DNA of 62,233 nucleotides, counting the filler, from Candidatus Woesearchaeota archaeon (GTDB taxonomy: Archaea > Nanobdellota > Nanobdellia > Woesearchaeales > ARS49): NCBI GenBank assembly GCA_016188265.1. It is 3 parts of 3 records of this genome, joined end to end, with 100 filler letters (N's around TTAATTAATTAA, not from the genome) between each part and the next. Parts side by side here need not be neighbours in the genome. Positions count along the whole stretch, not along the records: positions 1 to 29,440 come from JACPID010000004.1; 2 more parts are not named here. One strand, 5' to 3'. The notes beneath the pieces were generated by a model. It was not told where the DNA came from, did no database searches, and saw only the letters and a list, made by a program, of their open reading frames with translations. Positions 8,274 through 17,844 of this stretch are shown one piece after another. The first letter of the stretch is position 1, and every line of letters begins with the position of its first letter. The translations under genes were made by a program, and so were the position numbers.

Positions 8274-9348
8274 CATGAAAATCAAAGATTTTCAGGATCC
8301 CAAAAATGCAAAGCACAATCTGCACTATTTTACTAGAACCTGCATCTATATGAAGAACATAAGCTTTTTCATCACCTGAACGAACACCTTGATAATTATG
8401 AGTTCCATCAAAAAGAGATTGATGAATATGGCCTCCTAAAACAATTTTAGGCTTTTTTTCCTCGACAATTCTGCCAAGACCATAACCATAACCATAATTG
8501 CTACTGCCAGACAAGTCTTCAGCTAAAGCATGAGGTCCTTTATGAGCAACAAGAATATCAATAGATTGATCTTTAAGCCTTTTTAACACTTGATTGTTTT
8601 CAATAAGCTTTTTAGCTTCTTTTTCATTTTCTTGTAATAATTCTTCTATTTCTTGATTTGTTGGCTCTATTTCAACATCTTTATAAAAGCAATTAGGAAT
8701 AATCCTAACCTTCTCATACCATCCAGGAACGCCTGCAATATTAAGACCTTCCAACTGTATTGGTTGTTTTTCAACAAAATGCATATTTTTTAATTGATAA
8801 ATTTGATCTGGATCCCAGTTGCCACGAACACCATAAACAGGAACTCCAAACTCGCCAATTATTGAATCAAAAACTGAAATATCACTTTGAAACATTGCTT
8901 CCATTTCTTTAATTACATCATCAACTGATTTTGCTTCCTTTGAAAAAGTCTGGTAAATTTTATTAAATTTTTGAAAAGCTAAAATTAATTGCTCCTTATT
9001 AGCTTCATATTGAAAAACAAATTTTCGCATTTGCTCTCTTTGTTCACCAGGTAAGTTAGGCAATGCTATTTTTATATTTTCAATACCGCCCATTTGTTTT
9101 GCTAAAATCTCTAACTGCATTAATTGTTTTTCTTGATCAGATAATTGCTGGAATGCTCTTTGTTGAACTGCATTTTGACTTTTACTGCCAATACTAGCAT
9201 ATCTTTGTTCATTAAAGAAGTCACCAAGTAAAAAAGCAGCACAAATATTTCCTTCTTTTCTAATAAGTTCATGAATAGATCTTAATTTACCAAAATCAGG
9301 ATTGTCATGCAAGTCGCTTGCTTGAAGAATCTTGATTATTTTACCCAT
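8239..9348 (-). CDS. Calcineurin-like metallophosphoesterase with large helical insertion
   Basis: SDLH, LGDF, GNWD, AH and GHIH metal-binding motifs in the expected order. Confidence 0.85.
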   Translation of the reverse strand: MGKIIKILQASDLHDNPDFGKLRSIHELIRKEGNICAAFLLGDFFNEQRYASIGSKSQNAVQQRAFQQLSDQEKQLMQLEILAKQMGGIENIKIALPNLPGEQREQMRKFVFQYEANKEQLILAFQKFNKIYQTFSKEAKSVDDVIKEMEAMFQSDISVFDSIIGEFGVPVYGVRGNWDPDQIYQLKNMHFVEKQPIQLEGLNIAGVPGWYEKVRIIPNCFYKDVEIEPTNQEIEELLQENEKEAKKLIENNQVLKRLKDQSIDILVAHKGPHALAEDLSGSSNYGYGYGLGRIVEEKKPKIVLGGHIHQSLFDGTHNYQGVRSGDEKAYVLHIDAGSSKIVQIVLCIFGILKIFDFHDDQKLLILSTN

Positions 9349-9394
9349 AAAACATCACAACAATTCTTTAAAAAAAAATAAAAAAAAGATTTTA

Positions 9395-9721
9395 CTATTT
9401 TGGAACAACTTCAACGGGTTTAACTTCGTACTTTTGAACTCTTGGATTTCCTTGTTCATCGAGTCTAAGCAAGAAATTCTTTCCGTCATAATTCATATAA
9501 ACTTCTTTTTCTCCATTGCCATCTAAATCTTGAAGTTTTATTTCAAGCTTGCTAGGAACTACATATCCTTGCTGAACTTTCTCAGTGTGCGGAATTTTGT
9601 TTGCAGTGAAATAACCAACTGATGTAACTCCTAAAAGTCCACCCAACATTACACACAAAAACATATTATTGAATCCAAAATCTTTTCTTAGTCTATAGAC
9701 TAAACGGTCGTCTGCTTTCAT
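9395..9721 (-). CDS. Membrane-anchored hypothetical protein with DxDGNG Ca-binding-like loop
   Basis: One TM helix; DLDGNGEKE; GGAGG RBS. Confidence 0.65.
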   Translation of the reverse strand: MKADDRLVYRLRKDFGFNNMFLCVMLGGLLGVTSVGYFTANKIPHTEKVQQGYVVPSKLEIKLQDLDGNGEKEVYMNYDGKNFLLRLDEQGNPRVQKYEVKPVEVVPK

Positions 9722-9896
9722 TTTAATACCTCCATATTTATTGTATAATTACTGTTATTATGATAGCAAGTATATAAATGTTTCGACATGAACACCACTT
9801 GATAGTAGTGACGTACTGAATTAGAAAACAAAATAAATAATATGACAATAATTTCGTTTTCTATAACCTTTGGAGCAAAGTCAAACTATAAAAGTG

Positions 9897-10367
9897 TTAT
9901 TCTTTTTTGACAACTTTTGTTATGTTGGCTATGAAAAATTTTGCGTTATTTATTAAATCGTGGGCTGGTTTTTTGTTTGCTTGCGGTATTGTTTCATATG
10001 TGAAGTGTCCTCTCTTCCATTTTTCATCTTTGATTACTTGCAATAGTTGATCTGCTCTGATTATTAGTTTTTTATAAATTTCTAACAACTTTACATCTAA
10101 AAGTCCTGTATCTACAAATATTTTTTTGAAGTCTTTGTAGGTTTTCTTGTGAACTTCTGGCGAGTCTGTTTTTATGTTTTTAGTTAGTAGTATTGCTTTT
10201 GTAGCATAGAAAATTGAATAGTATGAATGAGATATTACTGAGCTGTAGAATGTTATTTCTGAAGGTAGTTGAAAATGTATTTTTTCTTCATCTTCTTCGC
10301 TTAATTTTCTGAGAGATTCTGCTGCTAAAAGTTCGTTGTTTGCTCTGTTCAGATAAATTTCAACCAC
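9897..10367 (-). CDS. HEPN-domain protein (toxin of MNT-HEPN pair)
   Basis: YLNRANNEL, SYYSIFYATKAILL and KRGHFTY HEPN pattern; overlaps the MNT gene. Confidence 0.85.
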   Translation of the reverse strand: MVEIYLNRANNELLAAESLRKLSEEDEEKIHFQLPSEITFYSSVISHSYYSIFYATKAILLTKNIKTDSPEVHKKTYKDFKKIFVDTGLLDVKLLEIYKKLIIRADQLLQVIKDEKWKRGHFTYETIPQANKKPAHDLINNAKFFIANITKVVKKE

Positions 10368-10971
10368 TGAATCCGTTTTTAATCGCCTCCATCAAAATTT
10401 TATAATATGCTTCAGCGCCGGTAAGTATAAGGTTGTTTTTAACTATTTCTTTTCCATAATTTGGTTTTTTGTCTAGAAGCATTTGTAAAAATTCTTCTTC
10501 TTTAAAAACATAAAGATGTATTTTAGGGATATTTAATTCGCAAAAATGTTTAATTTCTGCATAAACTTTGTTTGGAGCTATTGAGCATAAAATAACAATG
10601 TCAATGTCTGACTCTTTTTTTTGTTTTTCATTAGCATAACTTCCGGTTATGATAAAACTAAATAAATAAGTGGGAATTTTGCTCATAATTTCTTCTAAAT
10701 TTTCATAAGGAATATTTTTTCTGTTCCAAGAAATATATTCAACAACATTTGATAAGTGAAATACTGCTTTTTCACACCATTTAATTTCATAAACTACCAC
10801 GTTTCCTACTTTTTTTTGAATTAAAACTCCTTCTTTTACAAAATTCTTAATGGTGTTATAAACATAACTCTCAGATTTAGATTTAGTTAAGAGTTTAACT
10901 TCCTTAAAAGTGAAACTTTTACAAGGTTCTTTCGCGAACAAGTACAAAATCCGATGACTTTTTCTCAACAT
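10360..10971 (-). CDS. wHTH plus minimal nucleotidyltransferase (MNT antitoxin)
   Basis: GSYA...SDIDI NTase motif with N-terminal winged helix. Confidence 0.85.
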   Translation of the reverse strand: MLRKSHRILYLFAKEPCKSFTFKEVKLLTKSKSESYVYNTIKNFVKEGVLIQKKVGNVVVYEIKWCEKAVFHLSNVVEYISWNRKNIPYENLEEIMSKIPTYLFSFIITGSYANEKQKKESDIDIVILCSIAPNKVYAEIKHFCELNIPKIHLYVFKEEEFLQMLLDKKPNYGKEIVKNNLILTGAEAYYKILMEAIKNGFSG

Positions 10972-10977
10972 TTTCTT

Positions 10978-11003
10978 TTTTTAGGATTAAACAATCCTAA
11001 AAA
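10978..11003. promoter_or_regulatory. Perfect 11-bp inverted repeat, putative operator of the MNT-HEPN operon
   Basis: TTTTTAGGATT-AAAC-AATCCTAAAAA lies between the TATA-like box (11012-11019) and the start codon. Confidence 0.55.
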
Positions 11004-11064
11004 TAGGATAGTATATAGATGTTTCGTTTTCTCAAAATATATTCTGTAAAAAAATTATTTGGTG

Positions 11065-13032
11065 CTATCTTACTTTTGCGCCATCAAAAGCTTCAGAAAT
11101 AACTGGCTTTCCTGCAACAAGTAAATCTTTTTCTTTATACTTTGCTCTGCCACCTTGCACTATTAATTTCAGTGAAAGTACTTCTTCAATAGTAACTTGC
11201 GGTTTCGGGTTTAAAGAAATATTTTCAACAGTAACTTGATCTCCTGGCTTGGCATGAGAAGCTTCAAGAACTTTAACAATTCCATCTTTATCTCCTGCTA
11301 AAAGCATTCCTTGGCTTTCAACACCTCTAATATTAGCAGGCTTCATATTCTTAACAACAATAACATGCTTGCCAACTAAATTATCAGGAGTATAATGTTG
11401 TTTTAGTCCAGCAACAAGATTTATTTCTTCACCAATATCCACACTTAACTTGTATAGTTTATCAGCATTTGGATGAGGTTCAACTTTTTTAACAATACCA
11501 ACTATTAAATTAAAATCAGAAAAATTATCAACAAGAGGCTTAGAAAGTTTAGGAAATACAATCTCTGGCTTAAGAAGTTTTCCTTTTGTAGCTTTTTTAA
11601 ATTCAATATTTTTCCAGTCACCTATTTTTTGGCCTAATTGTTTTGCTATTTTTTGCGCAGTTTCAGGAATAAAAGGAAATAACAAAATAGAAACAATTCT
11701 TAAGCATTCAATAATAACGTATAATATAGTACCTAAGCGTTTTTTATCATTAACCTTCCAAGGCTGGGCTTCATTAATATACTTATTGCAATCATGAACA
11801 AATTCAAGAATTTTTTCAAGAGCTTTATTCCACTCGTAATTGAGCATTAATTGGTCAACTTCATGAGCAACATGAACTTTTTTAATAATCTCAGCATCAA
11901 TATCATGCAAACAATCTACTTTTGGAATTTTTCCATCAAAGTTTTTATGAATTAAAACAACAGTTCTTTGAAGAAGATTGCCAACAGTATCTGCAAGATC
12001 AGCATTACAACGTTCAACAAGAGCTTCTTCTGAAAAATCTCCATCTTGTCCTGCAGGAATTTCTCTTAAAAAAAAATAACGTAATGCATCAACGCCATAT
12101 TTATCAATTAAATGAAGTGGATCAATCACATTACCTAAACTCTTACCAATCTTCTGGCCATTCACAGTAAGATAGCCATGAACTAATATTGTTTTAGGAG
12201 GCTCTATACCTGCAGAAAACAAAATTCCAGGCCAAATAACGCTGTGAAACCAATTGATCCCTTTTCCTATAAAGTGAACATCAGCAGGCCAATACTTTTT
12301 GAACTTAGCTTTAGGATAATCAATTCCTGATATATAATTCAAAAGTGCATCGAACCAAACATATATTGTATGTTTTGGATCTACTGGTGTTTTAATTCCC
12401 CAGGATTTATTTACTCTACTAACACTTAAATCTTTTAATTCTTCACTTTTCAAACGAGAGATGATTTCATTACTTTTTTCTTTAGGAAATATCAAATTAT
12501 GATTTTCTATAAGCTTAAGAATTTGATCTTTATATTTTGAAAGCTTGAAAAAATAACTTTCTTCTTCTAATTTTTCAGGTTCTTTTTTATGCTCAGGACA
12601 CTTGCCTTCAATTAAATCCTTTTCAGTATAAAACGCTTCGCAACCTTTGCAATACAAACCAGAATAAATACCTTTGTATATGTCTCCTTTTTCATAAACT
12701 TTCTTGAAAATTGTTTGAGCAACGTTAACATGACTTTGTTCAACTGTTCTAATAAAACGATCATTAGACAAATTTAATTTTTTACATAATAATTGAAATA
12801 CTTTTGCATTTTTATCAACAAACTTTCTTGTAGGCATGCCTGCAACCTTTGCTGCTTCTTCGTTTTTACTAGCATTATCATCAGTTCCAGTTAAGAAAAA
12901 AACATCTTCACCTTTCAACCTATGCCATCTTGCTAAAGCATCAGCTATTATTTTCTCATAAGAATGACCAACGTGCGGAGCTGAATTAACATAATCTATT
13001 GCAGTTGTTATGTAAAACTTAGTTTTAGGCAT
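11065..13032 (-). CDS. metG: Methionyl-tRNA synthetase with C-terminal tRNA-binding (EMAP/Trbp) domain
   Basis: TTAIDY, HVGH (HIGH), YVWFDALLNY, KIGKS (KMSKS equivalent), HPNADKL...GVESQGMLL. Confidence 0.96.
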   Translation of the reverse strand: MPKTKFYITTAIDYVNSAPHVGHSYEKIIADALARWHRLKGEDVFFLTGTDDNASKNEEAAKVAGMPTRKFVDKNAKVFQLLCKKLNLSNDRFIRTVEQSHVNVAQTIFKKVYEKGDIYKGIYSGLYCKGCEAFYTEKDLIEGKCPEHKKEPEKLEEESYFFKLSKYKDQILKLIENHNLIFPKEKSNEIISRLKSEELKDLSVSRVNKSWGIKTPVDPKHTIYVWFDALLNYISGIDYPKAKFKKYWPADVHFIGKGINWFHSVIWPGILFSAGIEPPKTILVHGYLTVNGQKIGKSLGNVIDPLHLIDKYGVDALRYFFLREIPAGQDGDFSEEALVERCNADLADTVGNLLQRTVVLIHKNFDGKIPKVDCLHDIDAEIIKKVHVAHEVDQLMLNYEWNKALEKILEFVHDCNKYINEAQPWKVNDKKRLGTILYVIIECLRIVSILLFPFIPETAQKIAKQLGQKIGDWKNIEFKKATKGKLLKPEIVFPKLSKPLVDNFSDFNLIVGIVKKVEPHPNADKLYKLSVDIGEEINLVAGLKQHYTPDNLVGKHVIVVKNMKPANIRGVESQGMLLAGDKDGIVKVLEASHAKPGDQVTVENISLNPKPQVTIEEVLSLKLIVQGGRAKYKEKDLLVAGKPVISEAFDGAKVR

Positions 13033-13126
13033 ACAAATGTGAAACGTATTATTGTATTTAATTGTTACTATTGAAATATTTCCTTGCTGCTTACAAAAGA
13101 TTATAAATCTTTAAATATTAATCCTA

Positions 13127-13435
13127 ATGATGAAAGTACTTTTCATATGCAACCAAAATAAACATAGAAGTAAAACTGCAGAAATTATTTTTAGGAATAG
13201 ATTTGAAACAAAGTCAGCAGGGTTATATAATAAATCCTCTGTTACTAATCACCAAATTATCTGGGCTGATGTTATTTTTGTTATGGAAGATGTACAAAGG
13301 CAAGAACTTTCAATACGATTTCCTGAATTGTATTTACAAAAGCAAATACTTACTTTAAACATACCTGACATTTATCAATATAATCAACCAGAATTAGTAA
13401 ATTTGTTAAAAAAAAAAGTGAATGCATTATTGTAG
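13127..13435 (+). CDS. Low-molecular-weight protein-tyrosine-phosphatase-like protein
   Basis: VLFICNQNKHRS (CX5R), WADVIFVME, LNIPD. Confidence 0.85.
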   Translation: MMKVLFICNQNKHRSKTAEIIFRNRFETKSAGLYNKSSVTNHQIIWADVIFVMEDVQRQELSIRFPELYLQKQILTLNIPDIYQYNQPELVNLLKKKVNALL

Positions 13436-13606
13436 CCATTCTTCAAATTGTTTTTTTGCTTTTTCTTTGTTATTAAACATTTTTGTTTCTGCTACAGAGA
13501 ATTTTGGAAGATGTCTTGTCACTTTGTATTTCAAAGAACCGTTTTCTCTTAGTTCTATGATAGACACTTCCCAATTTTCTGAGTGATTTTTTGTTATCCT
13601 TTTCAT
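13427..13606 (-). CDS. Small hypothetical protein (59 aa, not in ORF track)
   Basis: Open frame MKRITKNHSENWEVSIIELRENGSLKYKVTRHLPKFSVAETKMFNNKEKAKKQFEEWLQ fills the gap before ABCE1. Confidence 0.55.
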   Translation of the reverse strand: MKRITKNHSENWEVSIIELRENGSLKYKVTRHLPKFSVAETKMFNNKEKAKKQFEEWLQ

Positions 13607-13711
13607 ACATTAACTATTTGCGGTTCTGTTTATATTTGCTATGCACACACATGTCCAGTGTCCACTGATTTAAACAAGAATATTTTTAAACTACCTAAAT
13701 ATCAACCATTC

Positions 13712-15469
13712 ATGCCTAGAATAGCTGTTATTAATGAAGAAAGATGCAACCCGCAGGGTTGTGGAAATTATCTTTGTATTAGAGTATGCCCTGTGAATAA
13801 AGAAGGACAGGAATGTATTTTTCCAAACCCAACAACCAAAAAAGCTGCAATAGCAGAAAATTTATGCACAGGTTGCGGCATATGCCCTAATAGATGCCCT
13901 TTTGATGCTATTTCAATAATTAATCTTCCCGAAGCACTTGACAAGCCTATTCATCGTTATGGAAGAAACGGATTTCACCTGTACAAAATGCCAATTCCTT
14001 TTTTTGGAAAAGTTGTAGGCGTTTTAGGAAGAAATGGCGTTGGAAAAAGCACTGCAATTAAAATTATTGCAGGAATGCTAAAACCTAATTTAGGAAAAGA
14101 TGAATCTGTACCACTAGGAGAGCTAATAAAATATTTTAGAGGAACTGAAGCTCAACACTTTTTTGAAAAACAAAAACAAAAAAAAATTGTTGTAAGCTAT
14201 AAACCGCAACATGTTGACATGCTTCCAACAATTATTAAAGACAAAGTAGGCATAGTTTTAAAGAAGGTTGATGAAAAAAATGCTTTTGATAAAATAGTAA
14301 ATATTCTTGACTTAAAAGAATTGCTTGATAGAAATATGAATCAGTTATCAGGCGGAGAACTGCAAAGAGTTGCAATTGCTGCTGCATCATTAAAAAAAGC
14401 AAATATTTACATTTTTGATGAACCAACATCTTACCTTGATATAAAGCAAAGAATTAAAGTTGCACAATTTTTAAGATCATTATCTCAAGAAGATAATAAT
14501 GCAGTTCTTGTTGTAGAGCACGATTTAGTTATTCTTGACTACATGACTGATTTACTCCAAGTCATGTATGGTAAACCTGCAGCATATGGTGTTGTAAGCC
14601 TTCCTAGAACATCAAAAACAGGAATGAATACGTTTTTAGAAGGTTATATTAAAGATGAAAATATGCGTTTTAGAGATCAATCAATTAAGTTTCTTGCCAG
14701 GCCACCTGAAAAAAAATCTATGAAAATCGAGTTGACTTCCTGGACTGAAATTAATAAAAATCTAGATGAGTTTAATCTAAAAATTAAAGAAGGAAGTATA
14801 CACCAAAATGAAGTTGTTGGAGTGCTTGGTGAAAATGGCATTGGAAAAACAACATTTGTCAAATTACTTGCAGGGATTATAAATGCAGATTCTGGAAAAA
14901 TTAACAAGTTTGTAAAAGTAAGTTACAAGCCACAATATCTTTTAGCTGAAACAGATGAATCTGTTGCAAATGTATTGCATGAAGCAATTCAAAAATATGA
15001 TTTACAATTAATCCAGCCATTAGAGCTTAAACACCTTCTTCAAAAAAATCTCAATCAATTATCAGGTGGAGAACTGCAAAGAGTAGCAATAGCTCACTGC
15101 CTTTCTCAAGAAGCTGATTTGTATTTATTAGATGAACCTTCAGCTTATTTGGATATTGAACAGCGTTTAATGCTTTCAAAAATAATGAAAAATTTCACTG
15201 AATTAAAAAAATCATCAATACTTATTGTAGACCATGATTTAGTATTTTTAGATTATGTTTCTGATAGATTGATTGTCTTTGATGGTATTCCTGCAAAAAA
15301 AGGAATTGGCGAAGGTCCTTTTACACTAAGAAATGGAATGAATATTTTCTTAAAACGCTTAAAAATAACCTTAAGACGAGATCAAGAAAGCAACAGGCCT
15401 AGAATTAACAAACCTGAAAGTGTGCTTGACAGAGAACAAAAAGAAAAAGGAGAATATTATTACGGTTAA
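13712..15469 (+). CDS. rli1: Ribosome recycling ATPase ABCE1/RLI1
   Basis: N-terminal 2x[4Fe-4S] Cys motifs, two ABC domains (GRNGVGKS, GENGIGKT, LSGGELQ twice); start placed at MPRIAVI. Confidence 0.96.
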   Translation: MPRIAVINEERCNPQGCGNYLCIRVCPVNKEGQECIFPNPTTKKAAIAENLCTGCGICPNRCPFDAISIINLPEALDKPIHRYGRNGFHLYKMPIPFFGKVVGVLGRNGVGKSTAIKIIAGMLKPNLGKDESVPLGELIKYFRGTEAQHFFEKQKQKKIVVSYKPQHVDMLPTIIKDKVGIVLKKVDEKNAFDKIVNILDLKELLDRNMNQLSGGELQRVAIAAASLKKANIYIFDEPTSYLDIKQRIKVAQFLRSLSQEDNNAVLVVEHDLVILDYMTDLLQVMYGKPAAYGVVSLPRTSKTGMNTFLEGYIKDENMRFRDQSIKFLARPPEKKSMKIELTSWTEINKNLDEFNLKIKEGSIHQNEVVGVLGENGIGKTTFVKLLAGIINADSGKINKFVKVSYKPQYLLAETDESVANVLHEAIQKYDLQLIQPLELKHLLQKNLNQLSGGELQRVAIAHCLSQEADLYLLDEPSAYLDIEQRLMLSKIMKNFTELKKSSILIVDHDLVFLDYVSDRLIVFDGIPAKKGIGEGPFTLRNGMNIFLKRLKITLRRDQESNRPRINKPESVLDREQKEKGEYYYG

Positions 15470-15474
15470 CTAAA

Positions 15475-15870
15475 TTAAGCTGCTTTTTTGTTTACTTTCT
15501 TAACAACAGCAAGAACACAATTAAAAAATTCTACAGCTTCTTCAACAACCACTTTAAGAGGCCTGTTCTTACTTAATACATTCACTAAAACATAAGACAT
15601 AGCAGAAACTTGTTCATCATTAAAATTATCAAGATTTATTTTTTGAGCATACTGGGCTTGTTTAATTAATAAATCTCGTTTGTTTTTATCAAGAATAATA
15701 AGCTCTTTATCTTCTGCTTGTTTTAGAACATAACATATTTCCAGACATGCAGAGAGTATTTGCTTCTTTCTTTGATCTAAAAATTTTCTTTTAGCGTCAC
15801 TTAATAACACTTCATAATTAACAAGCTGATTAACAACCTGCTTCTTCCTAAACCAATCAAGCAATCCCAT
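15475..15870 (-). CDS. Hypothetical protein
   Basis: 131-aa ORF with host-like codon usage; no recognised motif. Confidence 0.55.
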   Translation of the reverse strand: MGLLDWFRKKQVVNQLVNYEVLLSDAKRKFLDQRKKQILSACLEICYVLKQAEDKELIILDKNKRDLLIKQAQYAQKINLDNFNDEQVSAMSYVLVNVLSKNRPLKVVVEEAVEFFNCVLAVVKKVNKKAA

Positions 15871-15908
15871 AAATACTTAGTATGTATTATGTTATTAATA
15901 AATCTTAC

Positions 15909-16469
15909 TCATGCTCTTCCTCTGCTTTCTCCTTTAACAACTCCTGCAGCAATTAAATGAGCAACACGAATTGGTTCAGGCAAGAAAGACCGCGTACATG
16001 TTATTTTAAGAAGTTCTTTGACTTTATCTGAAGAAATTCCCGCATGTTGAACATAAATCTTGCCAATCTTAACAGGTTTTCCTAACTTTTTAATAACCTC
16101 AATTTTTTCGTTCATGCCAATTTTTTTCAAAACACTAAATATTTTTTTAAAATCAGGATAATCACGCACCACAACAATAACCGGTAAACCTGTTAATTCA
16201 TTAAGTTTCGGAACATCAACAACATTAAAACCTCCAACTGCAATGCCATCTAAAAATATTGCTCGAAGCTGAGACTTAAACTTGCTATTATTAATCATTA
16301 ATGCAATCTTTTCAGTACTATCAGAACCATCAACTTCTGCATTTGTTGAAAGCACTCCATCTAAAAAATTCCCGCCACGATAAAAAGCACCAATAACAAA
16401 AACAGTTTTGTCTTTAAACTTGTCAAAAGGAGAATCGTCAATACCAACAACGCGAACTTCTTTTTTCAT
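15909..16469 (-). CDS. DUF99 family protein (endonuclease V-like)
   Basis: GIDDSPF, LDGIAVGGFNVVD and PEPIRVAHLIA motifs. Confidence 0.9.
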   Translation of the reverse strand: MKKEVRVVGIDDSPFDKFKDKTVFVIGAFYRGGNFLDGVLSTNAEVDGSDSTEKIALMINNSKFKSQLRAIFLDGIAVGGFNVVDVPKLNELTGLPVIVVVRDYPDFKKIFSVLKKIGMNEKIEVIKKLGKPVKIGKIYVQHAGISSDKVKELLKITCTRSFLPEPIRVAHLIAAGVVKGESRGRA

Positions 16470-17263
16470 CTTGCAAGTTTTCTCACAAAAGTTAAAAATC
16501 CAGAATGACCTGTTTGAACACTTTTAGGGCGTACTTTTCTCTCAGAAACCTCCCAATCACGCTCAATAACCTCAACAGTTTTAACATGCAAAAACTTCTC
16601 CTCTTCTAAAACTTTATTAACAAAATCTTGAACCTGCGGAATTGTCGGGGAATATGAAACAAGAAAACCACCGACTTTCAAAGCATTCAAAACATGCTTA
16701 ATAACAAGCCAAGGCTCTGGAACATCAAGAGTTATAAGATCAAGATTAGTTTCATCAATACCTTCATAAATATTTTTCTTCTTTATAATCACATTGCTTA
16801 ATTTCAAAAAGGCTACATTTTCTTTTGCAATACCAATATGATCATCACGAATATCATAAGCAATAACTTCTTTGCACAAGTGTGCAATAAAACAAGTTAA
16901 AGCGCCACTGCCGACACCAGCATCAAGAACCCGTGAATTCTTATTAATGCCAGTTTGAGAAATAATATAGCCAATATCCTTTAAAGGAATTGTTTGAGGA
17001 AGCCTTCTGATGCGCTTAAAATCATCAATAAATTTAGTTGAAAATATAAAATAAGGCTTGCCCTGAACATTTATCACTTCACCTTCCTTCTGAAGCTCTG
17101 CCTTAGGTATAATTGCATAAGCTGTTTGAAAATCCTTGTTCAAATCCTCAATAAAATATTGGCGGGCTTTAACAGTAGTTACTTCTTTATCTAATTCCTT
17201 AACAAAAGCTTTTCTGATTTTTTGAATCAAAATTTTTCTTGTACGCTCAGATTCTTCAGGCAT
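16466..17263 (-). CDS. trmI: tRNA (adenine57/58-N1)-methyltransferase
   Basis: PQTIPLKD, LDAGVGSGALT, LDVPEPW, YSPTIPQ and HSGFLTF motifs. Confidence 0.9.
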   Translation of the reverse strand: MPEESERTRKILIQKIRKAFVKELDKEVTTVKARQYFIEDLNKDFQTAYAIIPKAELQKEGEVINVQGKPYFIFSTKFIDDFKRIRRLPQTIPLKDIGYIISQTGINKNSRVLDAGVGSGALTCFIAHLCKEVIAYDIRDDHIGIAKENVAFLKLSNVIIKKKNIYEGIDETNLDLITLDVPEPWLVIKHVLNALKVGGFLVSYSPTIPQVQDFVNKVLEEEKFLHVKTVEVIERDWEVSERKVRPKSVQTGHSGFLTFVRKLAR

Positions 17264-17345
17264 AAATGATGAATAGTGTGAAAGAGAATAAAAATGTTAC
17301 TTATTTATAGTAAAATTTATAATACAATACGCGTAAATAGTAATA

Positions 17346-17837
17346 GTGAAAAAGAGGATAAAATATAAAATACATTATTTAGTAGATAAAGCGCTTCCAA
17401 TAGTAGTTATTATTTTAGGAATAATCATAATTCTAGAAAACCCATTTTGGATTTTGGTTCATTTAGAAGATTACCAGCCATGGATCGGAATGCTCGACAG
17501 TATTATAGTCGGAGTTCTAATTTTAGACTTATACTTTAAATGGCTACATGTAAAAACAATAAAGAAATTTGTAAAATACTACTGGCTGGACTTAATAGCA
17601 GTTTTTCCATTTTACCTAATATTCAGAGCAGGAGTATTCATAACAGAACTAATAAGAGTTGGAGAGGAAATAAAAGAAGCACAACAAATAACACATGAAG
17701 CAATATTATTAAGAGAAATAAAAGCAGCAGAAAAAGAAACAAGAATAGTTCGAGAAACAAGAATCATCCCGAGAACAATAAGAACTGTACAAAGATTTCT
17801 AAGACTAATGTCAGGAGGAATAAAAAAACATAAATAG
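17346..17837 (+). CDS. Membrane protein resembling an isolated voltage-sensor (S1-S4-like) module
   Basis: WLDLIAVFPF S3-like motif; periodic Arg C-terminal helix; no pore or GYG filter. Confidence 0.5.
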   Translation: MKKRIKYKIHYLVDKALPIVVIILGIIIILENPFWILVHLEDYQPWIGMLDSIIVGVLILDLYFKWLHVKTIKKFVKYYWLDLIAVFPFYLIFRAGVFITELIRVGEEIKEAQQITHEAILLREIKAAEKETRIVRETRIIPRTIRTVQRFLRLMSGGIKKHK

Positions 17838-17844
17838 AAAAGCG

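Noticed and set aside
13583..13711. N-terminal extension of ABCE1 in the ORF track
   Set aside because: Family similarity begins at MPRIAVI (13712), which has its own TATA-like box; the extension overlaps a plausible opposite-strand gene.
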